Counted from the stretch's first letter, positions 39,668-49,196 are shown. The stretch: 64,000 nucleotides of DNA from Gammaproteobacteria bacterium 50_400_T64 (GCA_002162755.1 MAAS01000016.1:20506-84505), one strand, 5' to 3'. The notes: generated by a model not told the origin, from the sequence alone. Translations and numbers: made by a program.

Positions 39668-41284
39668 ATGGCTCTGGTGAATCCGGATAACATCGCCGGC
39701 CAGTTTGTCGGCATGAGTAATTTGCCGATTGTGCGGCAGTTGGGTCTGTTGATCGGTTTGGCGGCCAGTATCGCCCTTGGTGTCGGTATTTATTCCTGGG
39801 CAAAAGAACCCAATTATGTGCCGTTATTTGATGGCATGAGTGGTGCCGATGCTGCCCAGGTGGTGACAATTCTCGAACAGGGTAATACCCCCTATCGCAT
39901 GCAGGGCTCAATGGTTGCCGTGCCTGCGGGTACAGTACACAACCTGCGTCTTCAGTTGGCCAGCCAGGGGCTGCCAAAGAGTAGTAGTCCGGGCTACGAG
40001 TTACTCGACCAGGAGCAGAGCTTCGGTACCAGTAGCTTTATTGAAAAAGCCCGCTTTAACCGTGCGTTGGAAGGTGAGTTGGCAAGGTCAATTTCTACCC
40101 TAAATAGCGTGAAAGGTGCGCGGGTTCATTTGGCGATTCCGAAAAAGTCGGCCTTTCTACGTAACCAGCAGGGAGCCACTGCTTCTGTGTTAATCAGTCT
40201 GTTACCGGGCCGTAAATTAAACCAGTCTCAGATCGCGGGTGTGATTCACCTGGTGTCCTCCAGCGTGTCGGGAATGGACTCCGGGCAAGTGACCGTGGTC
40301 GACCAGCAAGGCAACTTGTTAACCGGTAACGGTAGTTCGTCAGCTATGGCGATGGGCTCTGAACACTTTACGTTTGCCAGTAGTATTGAGGAAAGTTACT
40401 CCCAGCGTATTGTTGATTTACTGGTGCCGATAATGGGTGCTGGCAGGGTGCGGGCTCAGGTGACGGCCGATGTCGACTTTACGGCGATTGAACGTACCAG
40501 CGAAACGTTTGGCCCCAATAATACGATGCTGCGCAGTGAGCAAACCTCGGAAGAGCGCAGTAGCGATAACAGTAAGGCCTTTGGTGGTGCGCCGGGGGCT
40601 GGGTCAAACCAGCCGGCTGCAGCACAGGAAGTGCCAGGTGCTGATACGGCGGCCTCGAATAATACCAGTGCGGCCACGCAAACCACCAAACAGGCAACGC
40701 GCAATTATGAATTGGATAAAGTCATTAGCCATATTAAAGAAGCGCCGGGAACGATTAAAAAACTATCCATAGCCGTGCTGCTGGACTATCGCCAGGAAAC
40801 CAATGACGCCGGCGAGGTAGCGCGTGTTGCTATACCCGACGAAGAAATTGAGCGTTTAACGCAGCTGGTGAAAGAGGCCGTAGGCTTTAACGAGGAGCGG
40901 GGCGATAGTGTCAATGTGATGAATGCGTCTTTCCTTGAGCCCGAGTTGATGGAGCCTCTACCGGAGATCCCCATTTGGCAGGAACCCTGGGTGCTGGATA
41001 TTGCCAAACAAACGGCCGGGGGCATCGGTATTTTATTACTCATTTTCGGCATCCTGCGGCCGGTGATGAAAAACTTGGTAGGTGCCGGCAAACAGGGTGG
41101 GGGCCGAATGGTGAATGGCGAGTTACAACTCGGTGCTGATCAGGTCACCCTCGGCGGTGCGCCACAGTTACCACCGGGTGTCACCAGCTATGATCAGCAG
41201 GTGCAACTGGCGCAGACCATTGCGGGTCAAAGCCCTAAGCGTGCAGCCAATGTCATGAGTGAGTGGGTGCAGGATGGCGGATAA
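39668..41284 (+). CDS. fliF: Flagellar MS-ring protein FliF
   Basis: 538 aa with 'RQLGLLIGLAASIALGVGIYSW', 'FIEKARFNRALEGELARSI', 'TRNYELDK', and a C-terminal TM. Confidence 0.93.
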   Translation: MALVNPDNIAGQFVGMSNLPIVRQLGLLIGLAASIALGVGIYSWAKEPNYVPLFDGMSGADAAQVVTILEQGNTPYRMQGSMVAVPAGTVHNLRLQLASQGLPKSSSPGYELLDQEQSFGTSSFIEKARFNRALEGELARSISTLNSVKGARVHLAIPKKSAFLRNQQGATASVLISLLPGRKLNQSQIAGVIHLVSSSVSGMDSGQVTVVDQQGNLLTGNGSSSAMAMGSEHFTFASSIEESYSQRIVDLLVPIMGAGRVRAQVTADVDFTAIERTSETFGPNNTMLRSEQTSEERSSDNSKAFGGAPGAGSNQPAAAQEVPGADTAASNNTSAATQTTKQATRNYELDKVISHIKEAPGTIKKLSIAVLLDYRQETNDAGEVARVAIPDEEIERLTQLVKEAVGFNEERGDSVNVMNASFLEPELMEPLPEIPIWQEPWVLDIAKQTAGGIGILLLIFGILRPVMKNLVGAGKQGGGRMVNGELQLGADQVTLGGAPQLPPGVTSYDQQVQLAQTIAGQSPKRAANVMSEWVQDGG

Positions 41285-42284
41285 AGCCGAAGCCCTCAAA
41301 GGGGTCGAAAAGGCGGCTGTTTTTTTGCTCGGTGTTGGTGAGGAGTCTGCAGCACAAATACTTCAGCATATGGTTCCGAAAGACGTCCACAAGATCGGCG
41401 CTGCGATGGCGACCCTACGCACGGTGTCGCGTCAACAGGCTGAAGAAGTCATTAGCCAGTTCACTGAATCCCTCGGCGACGCGACCACTTTTAGTGGTGA
41501 TAACGAGGAGTTTGTGCGCACAGTACTGCGTGAAGCCCTGGGTGAAGATAAGGCTGAAGGCGTCATCAATACGGTGATTATGGGTCGTGATTCCAAGGGC
41601 GTGGAGTCATTAAAATGGATGGACTCGCGTGCTGTTGCCGCCATGATTCGCGGGGAGCACCCGCAAATTATTGCCATCATTCTCGCGTATCTTGATAGTG
41701 AGCAGTCGGCAGAAGTGATTAAGCATTTACCCGATGCAATCCGTAAAGATGCGGTGGTGAGAATTGCTCAGCTAGATGCCATTCATCCCTCGGCTCTGAT
41801 TGAATTGGACGAAATCCTCGAAAAACAGTTTCGTGAAGGTAGTCTCGCCCAGGCCTCTGCTGTCGGTGGTTTGCAGTCGACGGCTGATATTCTTAGTTAC
41901 ATTGATTCCAGTCTTGAAGGCGAGCTGATCGAGGCTATAACAGAAGCCGATTCGGATATGGGCGATAAAGTTCGCGACTTGATGTTTGTTTTTGACAACT
42001 TGCTGGATGTTGAAGATCGAGGCATCCAGCGTCTACTGCGCGAAGTGTCCTCCGACGCCCTGGTCATTGCCCTGAAAGGTGCTGATGCCCCGGTACGCAA
42101 GAAAATCTTTGGCAATATGTCCAAACGTGCGGCCGAGATGATGGAAGAAGATCTCGAGACCCGCGGCCCCGTACGTCTCAGTGAAGTTGAAGACTCCCAG
42201 AAAGAAATTCTGGCTGTCGCCCAACGCCTGGCCGAAGAGGGTGAAATTACTCTGGGCGGTACCGGAGGTGATGAGTTTGTCTAA
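41274..42284 (+). CDS. fliG: Flagellar motor switch protein FliG
   Basis: Trimmed to ATG 41274 (336 aa). 'EHPQIIAIILAYL', 'MFVFDNL', and C-terminal 'EILAVAQRLAEEGEI'. Confidence 0.94.
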   Translation: MADKAEALKGVEKAAVFLLGVGEESAAQILQHMVPKDVHKIGAAMATLRTVSRQQAEEVISQFTESLGDATTFSGDNEEFVRTVLREALGEDKAEGVINTVIMGRDSKGVESLKWMDSRAVAAMIRGEHPQIIAIILAYLDSEQSAEVIKHLPDAIRKDAVVRIAQLDAIHPSALIELDEILEKQFREGSLAQASAVGGLQSTADILSYIDSSLEGELIEAITEADSDMGDKVRDLMFVFDNLLDVEDRGIQRLLREVSSDALVIALKGADAPVRKKIFGNMSKRAAEMMEEDLETRGPVRLSEVEDSQKEILAVAQRLAEEGEITLGGTGGDEFV

Positions 42285-42882
42285 GGTCGTGCGTGCTGTT
42301 GACCAGCCTGGCTTAACGCGCTGGCAGGCTCCGGATGTCGGGCATGTGGCCCGCCAGGCCCATACGGATGAAGAGCTTGAAGCCATTGAGCAGCAGGCTC
42401 GTGCTAAGGGTCATGAAGTCGGGCGCTGGGAAGGGCTAGAAGCGGGGCACCAGGCCGTTCAGGAGGGCGCGCAACGTCTGTCTCAACTCTACGATGAAGC
42501 GGCCCACCCCTTTCGGCAGATTACTGAAAATGTGGAAAGTGAGCTGGCGAAACTGGCCGGGGCTATCGCGAAAGAAATTGTCAGACAAGAACTTAAAACC
42601 CAGCCAGAATTGATACTTGAAGCGGTCAGTCAGGCTTGCTCGGTGCTGTCGGCATCGGCAAGGGATGTCGACGTACACCTTCGTCCAGAAGATGTTGCCA
42701 TCGTTAAAGATGGCTTGAAGGACGACCCTCCAGCCCAGCATTGGCGCATTATTGAAGATCGCAGCCTGGCGCAGGGCGACTGCCAGATTAACAGCAGCGC
42801 TGAATTTATAGATGCCACGTTACAAACCCGCATCGATGCGATTGTTGCTGGCTTATTATCTGCTGATTTGGAGGATGAATAA
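42271..42882 (+). CDS. fliH: Flagellar export ATPase regulator FliH
   Basis: Trimmed to ATG 42271 behind SD GGAGG (203 aa). It lies between fliG and fliI. 'LAGAIAKEIVRQELKTQPELI' is typical. Confidence 0.85.
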   Translation: MSLSKVVRAVDQPGLTRWQAPDVGHVARQAHTDEELEAIEQQARAKGHEVGRWEGLEAGHQAVQEGAQRLSQLYDEAAHPFRQITENVESELAKLAGAIAKEIVRQELKTQPELILEAVSQACSVLSASARDVDVHLRPEDVAIVKDGLKDDPPAQHWRIIEDRSLAQGDCQINSSAEFIDATLQTRIDAIVAGLLSADLEDE

Positions 42883-44258
42883 TGAGTCAGTCCTCTGGCG
42901 GCGATATTATTGGGGCTGAACTGATCAGTCGTCGTCTGGCTGCGCGTAGTGAAATTCTGCCGCGAGTGGTTGATCCCATGGCGATGGTCAGGGGCAAGCT
43001 AGTGAGAATGGTGGGTTTAACGCTAGAAGCCACGGGCTGTCAGGCGGCCATTGGCAGCCGTTGCCACATCACTTCCGCTACCGGTGCTTCAGTTGAAGCC
43101 GAGGTCGTGGGTTTCGGTGATGAGCGCTTATTCCTGATGCCGATTGGTTCTGTGCACGGCTTAACGCCGAATGCCCTGGTGACCCCCATGTCTGGCGATA
43201 GTGAAGTTGCCGTTGGCGATGCCTTGATTGGTCGCGTGATTGATGGTGCGGGCAACCCTCTCGACGGTGGCGACAAACCGGTACTGTCAGGGCATACAGC
43301 CTTGCAAGGTCAGGCGGTGAACCCCCTGAAACGCGCCTTAATCACTGAACCTCTAGATGTCGGTATACGTGCGATTAACGCGCTGTTAACTGTTGGGCGA
43401 GGCCAGCGCCTTGGCCTGTTTGCCGGTAGTGGTGTCGGCAAAAGTACCTTGCTGGGTTTGATGACCCAGTACACCGATGCCGACGTTGTTGTCGTGGGTT
43501 TGATTGGTGAACGAGGCCGTGAAGTACAGGAGTTCATCGAAGAAACACTGGGCCCGTCGGGTTTGGCGCGAGCTGTAGTGGTTGCCTCACCGGCCGATGA
43601 TTCGCCTCTTATGCGTTTACACGGTGCCTGGCGTGCCACGGCAATCGCAGAGTACTTTCGCGATCAGGGCCTCAATGTACTGCTGTTGATGGACTCGCTA
43701 ACCCGCTTTGCCCAGGCACAACGGGAAATCGCGCTGGCGATTGGCGAACCGCCAGTGACGCGAGGTTATCCGCCCTCGGTGTTTTCTCGCTTACCGCAGT
43801 TGGTGGAGCGGGCGGGCAAAATTGCGGGTAAGGGCTCTATCACCGCCATTTACACGGTGCTGATGGAGGGCGATGACGAGAATGACCCCGTGGTCGACTC
43901 GGCGCGGGCGATACTCGACGGGCATATTATTCTTTCCCGGCGCATTGCTGATTCCGGCCGTTATCCGGCGATTGATATTGAATCGTCCGTGAGCCGAGTG
44001 ATGAATCGCCTGGTGGGCCCGGAGCGTTTCAAGCTGGTGCAACACTTTAAACAGCTCTACAGCTTGTATGAGCAGAACCGTGATCTCATTAGCGTCGGTG
44101 CTTATGTCGGTGGTAGCGATAGACGTATCGATCAGGCGATAGAGGCCTATCCGCGTTTACAGGGGTTTTTACGACAGGAGGCTGGTCAAAGTGTGACTTT
44201 AGACCAGAGTTTTATGGCGCTTGATGGCTTACTGAACAGCATACAGGTGCCCGCGTAA
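42882..44258 (+). CDS. fliI: Flagellum-specific ATP synthase FliI
   Basis: 458 aa with Walker A 'GSGVGKST' and Walker B 'VLLLMDSLTRFA'. Confidence 0.96.
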   Translation: MSQSSGGDIIGAELISRRLAARSEILPRVVDPMAMVRGKLVRMVGLTLEATGCQAAIGSRCHITSATGASVEAEVVGFGDERLFLMPIGSVHGLTPNALVTPMSGDSEVAVGDALIGRVIDGAGNPLDGGDKPVLSGHTALQGQAVNPLKRALITEPLDVGIRAINALLTVGRGQRLGLFAGSGVGKSTLLGLMTQYTDADVVVVGLIGERGREVQEFIEETLGPSGLARAVVVASPADDSPLMRLHGAWRATAIAEYFRDQGLNVLLLMDSLTRFAQAQREIALAIGEPPVTRGYPPSVFSRLPQLVERAGKIAGKGSITAIYTVLMEGDDENDPVVDSARAILDGHIILSRRIADSGRYPAIDIESSVSRVMNRLVGPERFKLVQHFKQLYSLYEQNRDLISVGAYVGGSDRRIDQAIEAYPRLQGFLRQEAGQSVTLDQSFMALDGLLNSIQVPA

Positions 44259-44303
44259 TGCATTTTTTTGCGTCACTTTCACAAGGTATTAATGGGTTGT
44301 TTT

Positions 44304-44747
44304 ATGACTAAAGTTCAGCGCTTTCGACAATTGGAACAAATGGCAGAGCACGCCTGTGACAAGGCCGGTCGCGAGCTGGGCGAAGCGCAGGACAATCACA
44401 GTAAAGAGCAGGAACAGCTCAAGCAATTAACGGGGTTCTTTGACGAGTATCGAGAGCGTTTTAATAACGCAGGTGCTACTGGTATGAATGCTCGGCAGTT
44501 GGGTGATTTTCGTGCTTTTTTTGGCCAGCTTGATAACGCTATTGAGTCCCAGCGCCAAACCCTGGTCGGCCTGGGTGCCAAGGTCACCGAACGGCAAACC
44601 TTGTGGATTGAAAAACATCAGCGCACCCAAAGTTTGTCTCAGGCTCTGGTGCAGGTTCAAAAAGAGCAGTTAGTACAACGCAATAAGCGCGAACAAAAAG
44701 AGCAGGATGAACGCTCTGGTCTCGCTTCAAAAGACGGCTGGGGCTAA
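44304..44747 (+). CDS. fliJ: Flagellar export chaperone FliJ (the start could be ATG 44292)
   Basis: 147 aa coiled-coil protein downstream of fliI. Confidence 0.8.
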   Translation: MTKVQRFRQLEQMAEHACDKAGRELGEAQDNHSKEQEQLKQLTGFFDEYRERFNNAGATGMNARQLGDFRAFFGQLDNAIESQRQTLVGLGAKVTERQTLWIEKHQRTQSLSQALVQVQKEQLVQRNKREQKEQDERSGLASKDGWG

Positions 44748-44883
44748 ATATTACTCTCTTGCTGCCCCTCTAATGATGGATTCTCATCTGTTATTTTAAA
44801 AGCCCTGCCATAACTCGTTACAACAACACCTTGCTCAATCTGTCGCACAAGCCATCGCACACCTCATCGGACAAAACTAAAGC

Positions 44884-44899
44884 TGGCCCGCGTTTTGCT
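44884..44899 (+). promoter_or_regulatory. Sigma-54 promoter of fliK
   Basis: TGGCCCgcgttTTGCT has GG-N10-GC spacing. It lies 125 nt upstream of the fliK ATG. Confidence 0.65.
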
Positions 44900-45023
44900 A
44901 TTACCTTAGTTGGAAGGGTGATTGTCGAGATTTTGCCCACCCGTTTCTAGCCGTTTAGTGCTTAGAGTTGGGGTGCATTTTCTCTGCCTGTATCAGCTGC
45001 AATAGATAAAACGAGAGGTTCTT

Positions 45024-46646
45024 ATGCCATTATCGGTTCAAGTGGCGGCTTCAGCCAGCCCGGGTGCGAAACTGCTCGCAGGTGGTTCTTCGTCATCGTC
45101 GACAGGCGATAGCGAGCGTGGAAACCGGGCATTCTCCAGTCATTTTGATGCTGAGAAGCGTAGTGAGTCCAGCCAAGCGTCTGAGCGTAGAAATGACCGT
45201 GCTACCAGGCAGGATGAATCCGCTGGAAAGCCTGCAGCAGCAGGCTCTGCGACGGACACGTCGAAACCTGTAGAAGGCCGAGAAAAGCCCGTTGCTAACG
45301 CTGCGGAAGAGGGCGGTGCAAGGGGTGGGAATAAAAAGGAGGCGCAAGCCTCGCCCCAGAACGCTACTCGACAGGATGTGCTGGCCGATAATAAGGGCAT
45401 ACAAAATGCGCCTGCAGAGGGCTTGTTAGAGCCGAGGATTGATGTGCCCTTCGCCACATTGGGAGAAGGTGTACGCGCCTTATTGGCTGCTGATGAGGAC
45501 GTGGATAACGAAGTCTCAGTAGTGATAGCGGCGAGCGGCAACGCGTCGCCGCCTGAGGACATGCTCTTGCCGCAGCAGGCGACTGGCGAGTCGCTTGATG
45601 AAAAAGACGTTGGGCTTGTTGCTCAAAGTGAAGTGCGTGCAGCAGAGGTACAACCATTAGCGACAGAAGTGAGCGCCGCATCTGTGGCCGCAGCATTGCG
45701 CCAGGGAGATGAGTTAAACACCGATGATCCGGAAGCTGCGGGTTCGACCTTACTTAATGCCACTGACGCATCGAAGGTGCTTTCTCGACCGGCTTTAACA
45801 CCCTTGCCCAGTTCTGAGTTGTTACGTGATTTAGTGAGTAAGCAAACGCTCGTTTCGACGGGGATTACTGAAACCGAAGCTGCTGGTGTTGAGCGAGATG
45901 TCGATTTTGCACTCATACCCGGAAAAGCGATAAAGCCAGCGTTAGACGGCGCAGCGCCGGTTGTGGCTGAAGCTGTCGCCAATGCACCTGGCTCCAGAGA
46001 AAATTTTGAACAGGTGCGACAAAATATTATGGCCGCGTTGGCAGGCAAGCCGGAATTGGCTGGCCCGGCGTTAGTCGCGAGTAGTGTGGCTGATGGCGGA
46101 GAATCTGCGAGTCAGGGGCTCAACTTTTCAAATGTCAGTTCAGCGTTGGCGACACCCAGTGCGGAGTCGGCGAAATACAGTGCCACTCAGGAGACAGCCC
46201 CACAGCGTTTCTTTACCCTGCAAACACCGGCTGGCCAGCCTGGCTGGGATGTGGAGGTTGGCAATCGCATACGCTGGATGGTTGGGCAGAATAATCCAGG
46301 GGTTGAATTGCGTCTTAATCCCCCTGAGCTGGGCAGTATTGAGGTCAAGGTCGCCACCGAGGGTGAGCGCACAAGCGTGACTCTTTTTGCCGCTAACCCC
46401 GCGGCTCGAGAGGCCCTGGAAGCGGCTTTGCCACGCTTGCGTGAGATGTTTGCCGACAGTGGTATGCAGCTCGCTAGTGCCGATGTTTCCGATCAGAACC
46501 TGCAGCAGCAAAGAGAGCAGTTAGCGGACTCGGGTTCTCAGGTATCTGACAGTGATAGTGGTGAAGCAATGATTCTGGAAACCGAAGCGGGGCTAGTGCA
46601 AGGCGGGCGCTCAGAGGGCCAAGGGGTTATTGATTACTATATATAA
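45024..46646 (+). CDS. fliK: Flagellar hook-length control protein FliK
   Basis: 540 aa. The N-terminal two thirds are low-complexity Ala/Ser/Glu-rich. C-terminal Flg_hook domain 'GVELRLNPPELGSIEVKVATEGERTSVTLFAANP'. Confidence 0.88.
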   Translation: MPLSVQVAASASPGAKLLAGGSSSSSTGDSERGNRAFSSHFDAEKRSESSQASERRNDRATRQDESAGKPAAAGSATDTSKPVEGREKPVANAAEEGGARGGNKKEAQASPQNATRQDVLADNKGIQNAPAEGLLEPRIDVPFATLGEGVRALLAADEDVDNEVSVVIAASGNASPPEDMLLPQQATGESLDEKDVGLVAQSEVRAAEVQPLATEVSAASVAAALRQGDELNTDDPEAAGSTLLNATDASKVLSRPALTPLPSSELLRDLVSKQTLVSTGITETEAAGVERDVDFALIPGKAIKPALDGAAPVVAEAVANAPGSRENFEQVRQNIMAALAGKPELAGPALVASSVADGGESASQGLNFSNVSSALATPSAESAKYSATQETAPQRFFTLQTPAGQPGWDVEVGNRIRWMVGQNNPGVELRLNPPELGSIEVKVATEGERTSVTLFAANPAAREALEAALPRLREMFADSGMQLASADVSDQNLQQQREQLADSGSQVSDSDSGEAMILETEAGLVQGGRSEGQGVIDYYI

Positions 46647-46676
46647 TATGCGCGTGAAGGCTTTATAAAAAAGCGT

Positions 46677-46847
46677 TTAAATATACTCATCAATATGGAT
46701 TTGGCCGTCATTGTCCGACGGTTTTTTCTTGTCATCCCTGGGCTTTTTTTTTGGAATAGGCACTGCTTTTTGCTTGTCGGTAACAGACTTGGCTGGCGGG
46801 GTGCGCAACGGACGGGCCATGCCGGGGGGCGTTATTTCATTCGCCAT
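46677..46847 (-). CDS. Unlisted small ORF (56 aa), basic and Lys/Pro-rich with acidic tail 'HIDEYI'
   Basis: It falls below the 60-aa ORF-track cutoff. The minus strand reads TTAGGAGGcaaacATG, a canonical SD with 5-nt spacing. Translation: MANEITPPGMARPLRTPPAKSVTDKQKAVPIPKKKPRDDKKKPSDNDGQIHIDEYI. It starts 55 nt downstream of motD on the same strand. Confidence 0.55.
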   Translation of the reverse strand: MANEITPPGMARPLRTPPAKSVTDKQKAVPIPKKKPRDDKKKPSDNDGQIHIDEYI

Positions 46848-46902
46848 GTTTGCCTCCTAAAAATTATTTTTATTTGGCCAGATTGAACCGGATTAAAATA
46901 CC

Positions 46903-47709
46903 TTAACGATTCCTTAAGCGCGGATCAAAGCCGGTGGCGATGATGACGATGACAACGCGCCGATTGGTCGACCGTCCCTCAGGCGTGTCATTAGCCACTT
47001 TGGGCTGGTACTGGCCGTAGCCAATGGATGCCAGGTTTGTCGGTGTTATTCCATAGCGGGCAAACAGTCGTACCACGGTAGCCGAACGCGCAGCCGATAA
47101 TTCCCAGTTAGAGGGATAAATACTGTTTTTAATGGGCAGGTCATCGGTAAAACCCTCAACGTGAACTTTGTTATTTCGACCTTTTAATACATTACTCAGA
47201 GCCCGCAACATGGGTCTGGCACTGGGTGATAGATTGCTGCTGCCACTGGAAAACAAGACTTTACTGTTGATTTCTATTTCTAGCCAGTTATCCGACTTCC
47301 GTACAGAAACGAGTTTGGTTTTGAGCAACTGATCGAGTGCGTTATTGATTTTTTGACCAAGTTCATCTATTTCTGGCGATCTTCTTGAGGCCTCTGATGG
47401 ATCAACTTTAATAGCCCCTTTTGCCATAGATTCAGGCAGGTCGAGTTTTATCGGTGTGCGGTTTAAGGGCATAGGCAGAATGGGGAATGAGGTGGATGCT
47501 GTGCCCAGTTGCACGGGATCCATCGACCGGCTTTGGCTGGAAAAAGAAGCGACGAGAGAATGGGAGAGGACGCGAAACTTACCTTCGTTAACCGAAGAAA
47601 TGGAATACATCACTACAAAAAAAGCGAACAGCAAGGTGATGAAGTCGGCGTAAGAAACGAGCCATCGCTCGTGATTTTCGTGCTCTTCGGGTGCGCGTTT
47701 TCTGGCCAT
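46903..47709 (-). CDS. motD: Flagellar stator protein MotD (MotB family)
   Basis: Trimmed to ATG 47709 (268 aa). 'MARKRAPEEHENHERWLVSYADFITLLFAFFVVMYSIS' closely matches the remembered Pseudomonas MotD. C-terminal OmpA-like domain ('RSTNRRVVIVI'). Confidence 0.9.
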   Translation of the reverse strand: MARKRAPEEHENHERWLVSYADFITLLFAFFVVMYSISSVNEGKFRVLSHSLVASFSSQSRSMDPVQLGTASTSFPILPMPLNRTPIKLDLPESMAKGAIKVDPSEASRRSPEIDELGQKINNALDQLLKTKLVSVRKSDNWLEIEINSKVLFSSGSSNLSPSARPMLRALSNVLKGRNNKVHVEGFTDDLPIKNSIYPSNWELSAARSATVVRLFARYGITPTNLASIGYGQYQPKVANDTPEGRSTNRRVVIVIIATGFDPRLRNR

Positions 47710-47719
47710 AATAAAGGTG

Positions 47720-48457
47720 CTAAAAGTAGCCGCGTAATTTTGCTTCGATATTGCGGTGGTTTTCACCTTCGGCAATGGCAACAATGCCTTCCACAATCAT
47801 TTCCTGAACTTGGCAGCGGTCACTAATGAGGGTCTTTAATTTGGCTGCCGCCGGTAACAGGAAGAGGTTGGCCATACCTACGCCATAAATTGTAGCAACA
47901 AAGGCAACGGCAATACCGGGGCCGAGAGTGGATGGGTCGGCCAGGTTGTTCATCACATGAATAAGCCCCAGTACGGCGCCAATAATACCGATAGTGGGAC
48001 TGTAACCACCCATGCCTTCATACACTTTTGCGCCTTTAATATCGAAGGACTCTTTGGTCGAAATTTCTACTTCCATGGTGCTGCGTATAGACTCGGGCTC
48101 GTTGCCGTCGACAAGTAATTGCAGGCATTTTTTGGTAAAGGGTTCGCTTTCTTCGTCCGAAATGTTTTCCAGACCGAGAAGACCCTCTTTGCGCGCGACC
48201 TGACTCCACTCAACAATTTTCTGCAGGGTGGTTGCGGGGTCGAGCTTCGGTGGAAAGAAAATCCAGCTTAGTAATTTAATGCTGTGAATAAAGACCTTGA
48301 GGGGGGTTTGCACCATGATCGCGCCCAGAGTGCCGCCAAAGACAATGAGAAAAGCGGTGAACTGCAGGAGTGAATCGAGGTGTCCGCCTTCCAGTGCATT
48401 GCCGCCGATGATGGCGGAAAATGCAAAAATAATACCGAGCAGGGTGAGGATATCCAT
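47720..48457 (-). CDS. motC: Flagellar stator protein MotC (MotA family, short form)
   Basis: 245 aa. 'MDILTLLGIIFAFSAIIGGNALEGGHL' resembles Pseudomonas MotC. Four TM segments. Confidence 0.9.
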   Translation of the reverse strand: MDILTLLGIIFAFSAIIGGNALEGGHLDSLLQFTAFLIVFGGTLGAIMVQTPLKVFIHSIKLLSWIFFPPKLDPATTLQKIVEWSQVARKEGLLGLENISDEESEPFTKKCLQLLVDGNEPESIRSTMEVEISTKESFDIKGAKVYEGMGGYSPTIGIIGAVLGLIHVMNNLADPSTLGPGIAVAFVATIYGVGMANLFLLPAAAKLKTLISDRCQVQEMIVEGIVAIAEGENHRNIEAKLRGYF

Positions 48458-48473
48458 TCAAATAATGTCCGTG

Positions 48474-49196
48474 TTAGCGGCTATCGTCGTCAGTGTCAGA
48501 TGTCCAGGACAACAGGCTGGCGCGGAGTTTGCTGAGTATCTGGCTATGAATTTGGCTGACGCGTGATTCGCTGATATCGAGTACGGCACCGATTTCTTTG
48601 AGATTTAATTCGTCGTCGTAATAAAGTGACATCAATGTTTTTTCACGCTCGGGCAGTTGTTCGATGTGGTCGGCCAGTGCCGTTTGAAACGCTGCATTCT
48701 GAACGTTGTCCTGTGGTGTGTTCGTGTCGGGCAAATCCACTTCAGTGGCGTCGACAAAAGTGGCTTTACAGGCCGCAGTATCACGCAGCAGTTGGTAGTA
48801 CTCGTCCATCTCCACGCCTAGCTGGGCGGCTACTTCGCTGTCTTTGGGATGGCGTTGCAATGCGATTTCAGCACTGCGAGTGGCCTGTGCTAACCAGCGG
48901 GCTTTTTGCTGGATACTGCGTGGCGACCAGTCAAAGCGGCGCACTTCATCGAGAATAGCGCCTCGAATTCGGATGCCTGCAAAGGTTTCAAAGCTTGCGC
49001 CGTGACCTGTGCGGTAACTTTTTGCGGCTTCGAGCAGGCCGATTAAGCCGACCTGGGTGAGGTCGTCAATATCGATGCCCGCAGGTAATCTGGCAGCGAT
49101 ATGAAAGGCGATTTTCTTCACTAAGTGAAGGTATTCGTTAACCAGTTTGTCACTGTCCCCGAATTCTTCCTCAGCGTAGAAAACCGCTTTTGTCAC
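48474..49196 (-). CDS. fliA: Flagellar sigma factor FliA (sigma-28)
   Basis: 240 aa. Region 2 'DLTQVGLIGLLEAAKSY' and region 4.2 'LNLKEIGAVLDISESRVSQIHSQ'. Confidence 0.95.
   Translation of the reverse strand: MTKAVFYAEEEFGDSDKLVNEYLHLVKKIAFHIAARLPAGIDIDDLTQVGLIGLLEAAKSYRTGHGASFETFAGIRIRGAILDEVRRFDWSPRSIQQKARWLAQATRSAEIALQRHPKDSEVAAQLGVEMDEYYQLLRDTAACKATFVDATEVDLPDTNTPQDNVQNAAFQTALADHIEQLPEREKTLMSLYYDDELNLKEIGAVLDISESRVSQIHSQILSKLRASLLSWTSDTDDDSR

Noticed and set aside
46695-46886. Listed plus-strand 63-aa ORF (MDLAVIVRRFFLVIPGLFFW...) between fliK and motD
   Set aside because: It has no Shine-Dalgarno sequence and an implausible Phe/Arg/Cys-rich composition. It is the antisense of the 56-codon minus-strand ORF, which has a canonical AGGAGG SD and follows motD on the same strand.
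48480-48620. Possible internal sigma-28 promoter for motC inside the 3' end of fliA (CAAAGAAA-N11-CTCGATAT on the minus strand)
   Set aside because: It matches only about half of each consensus element. It is indistinguishable from chance within coding sequence, so I did not report it as a feature.
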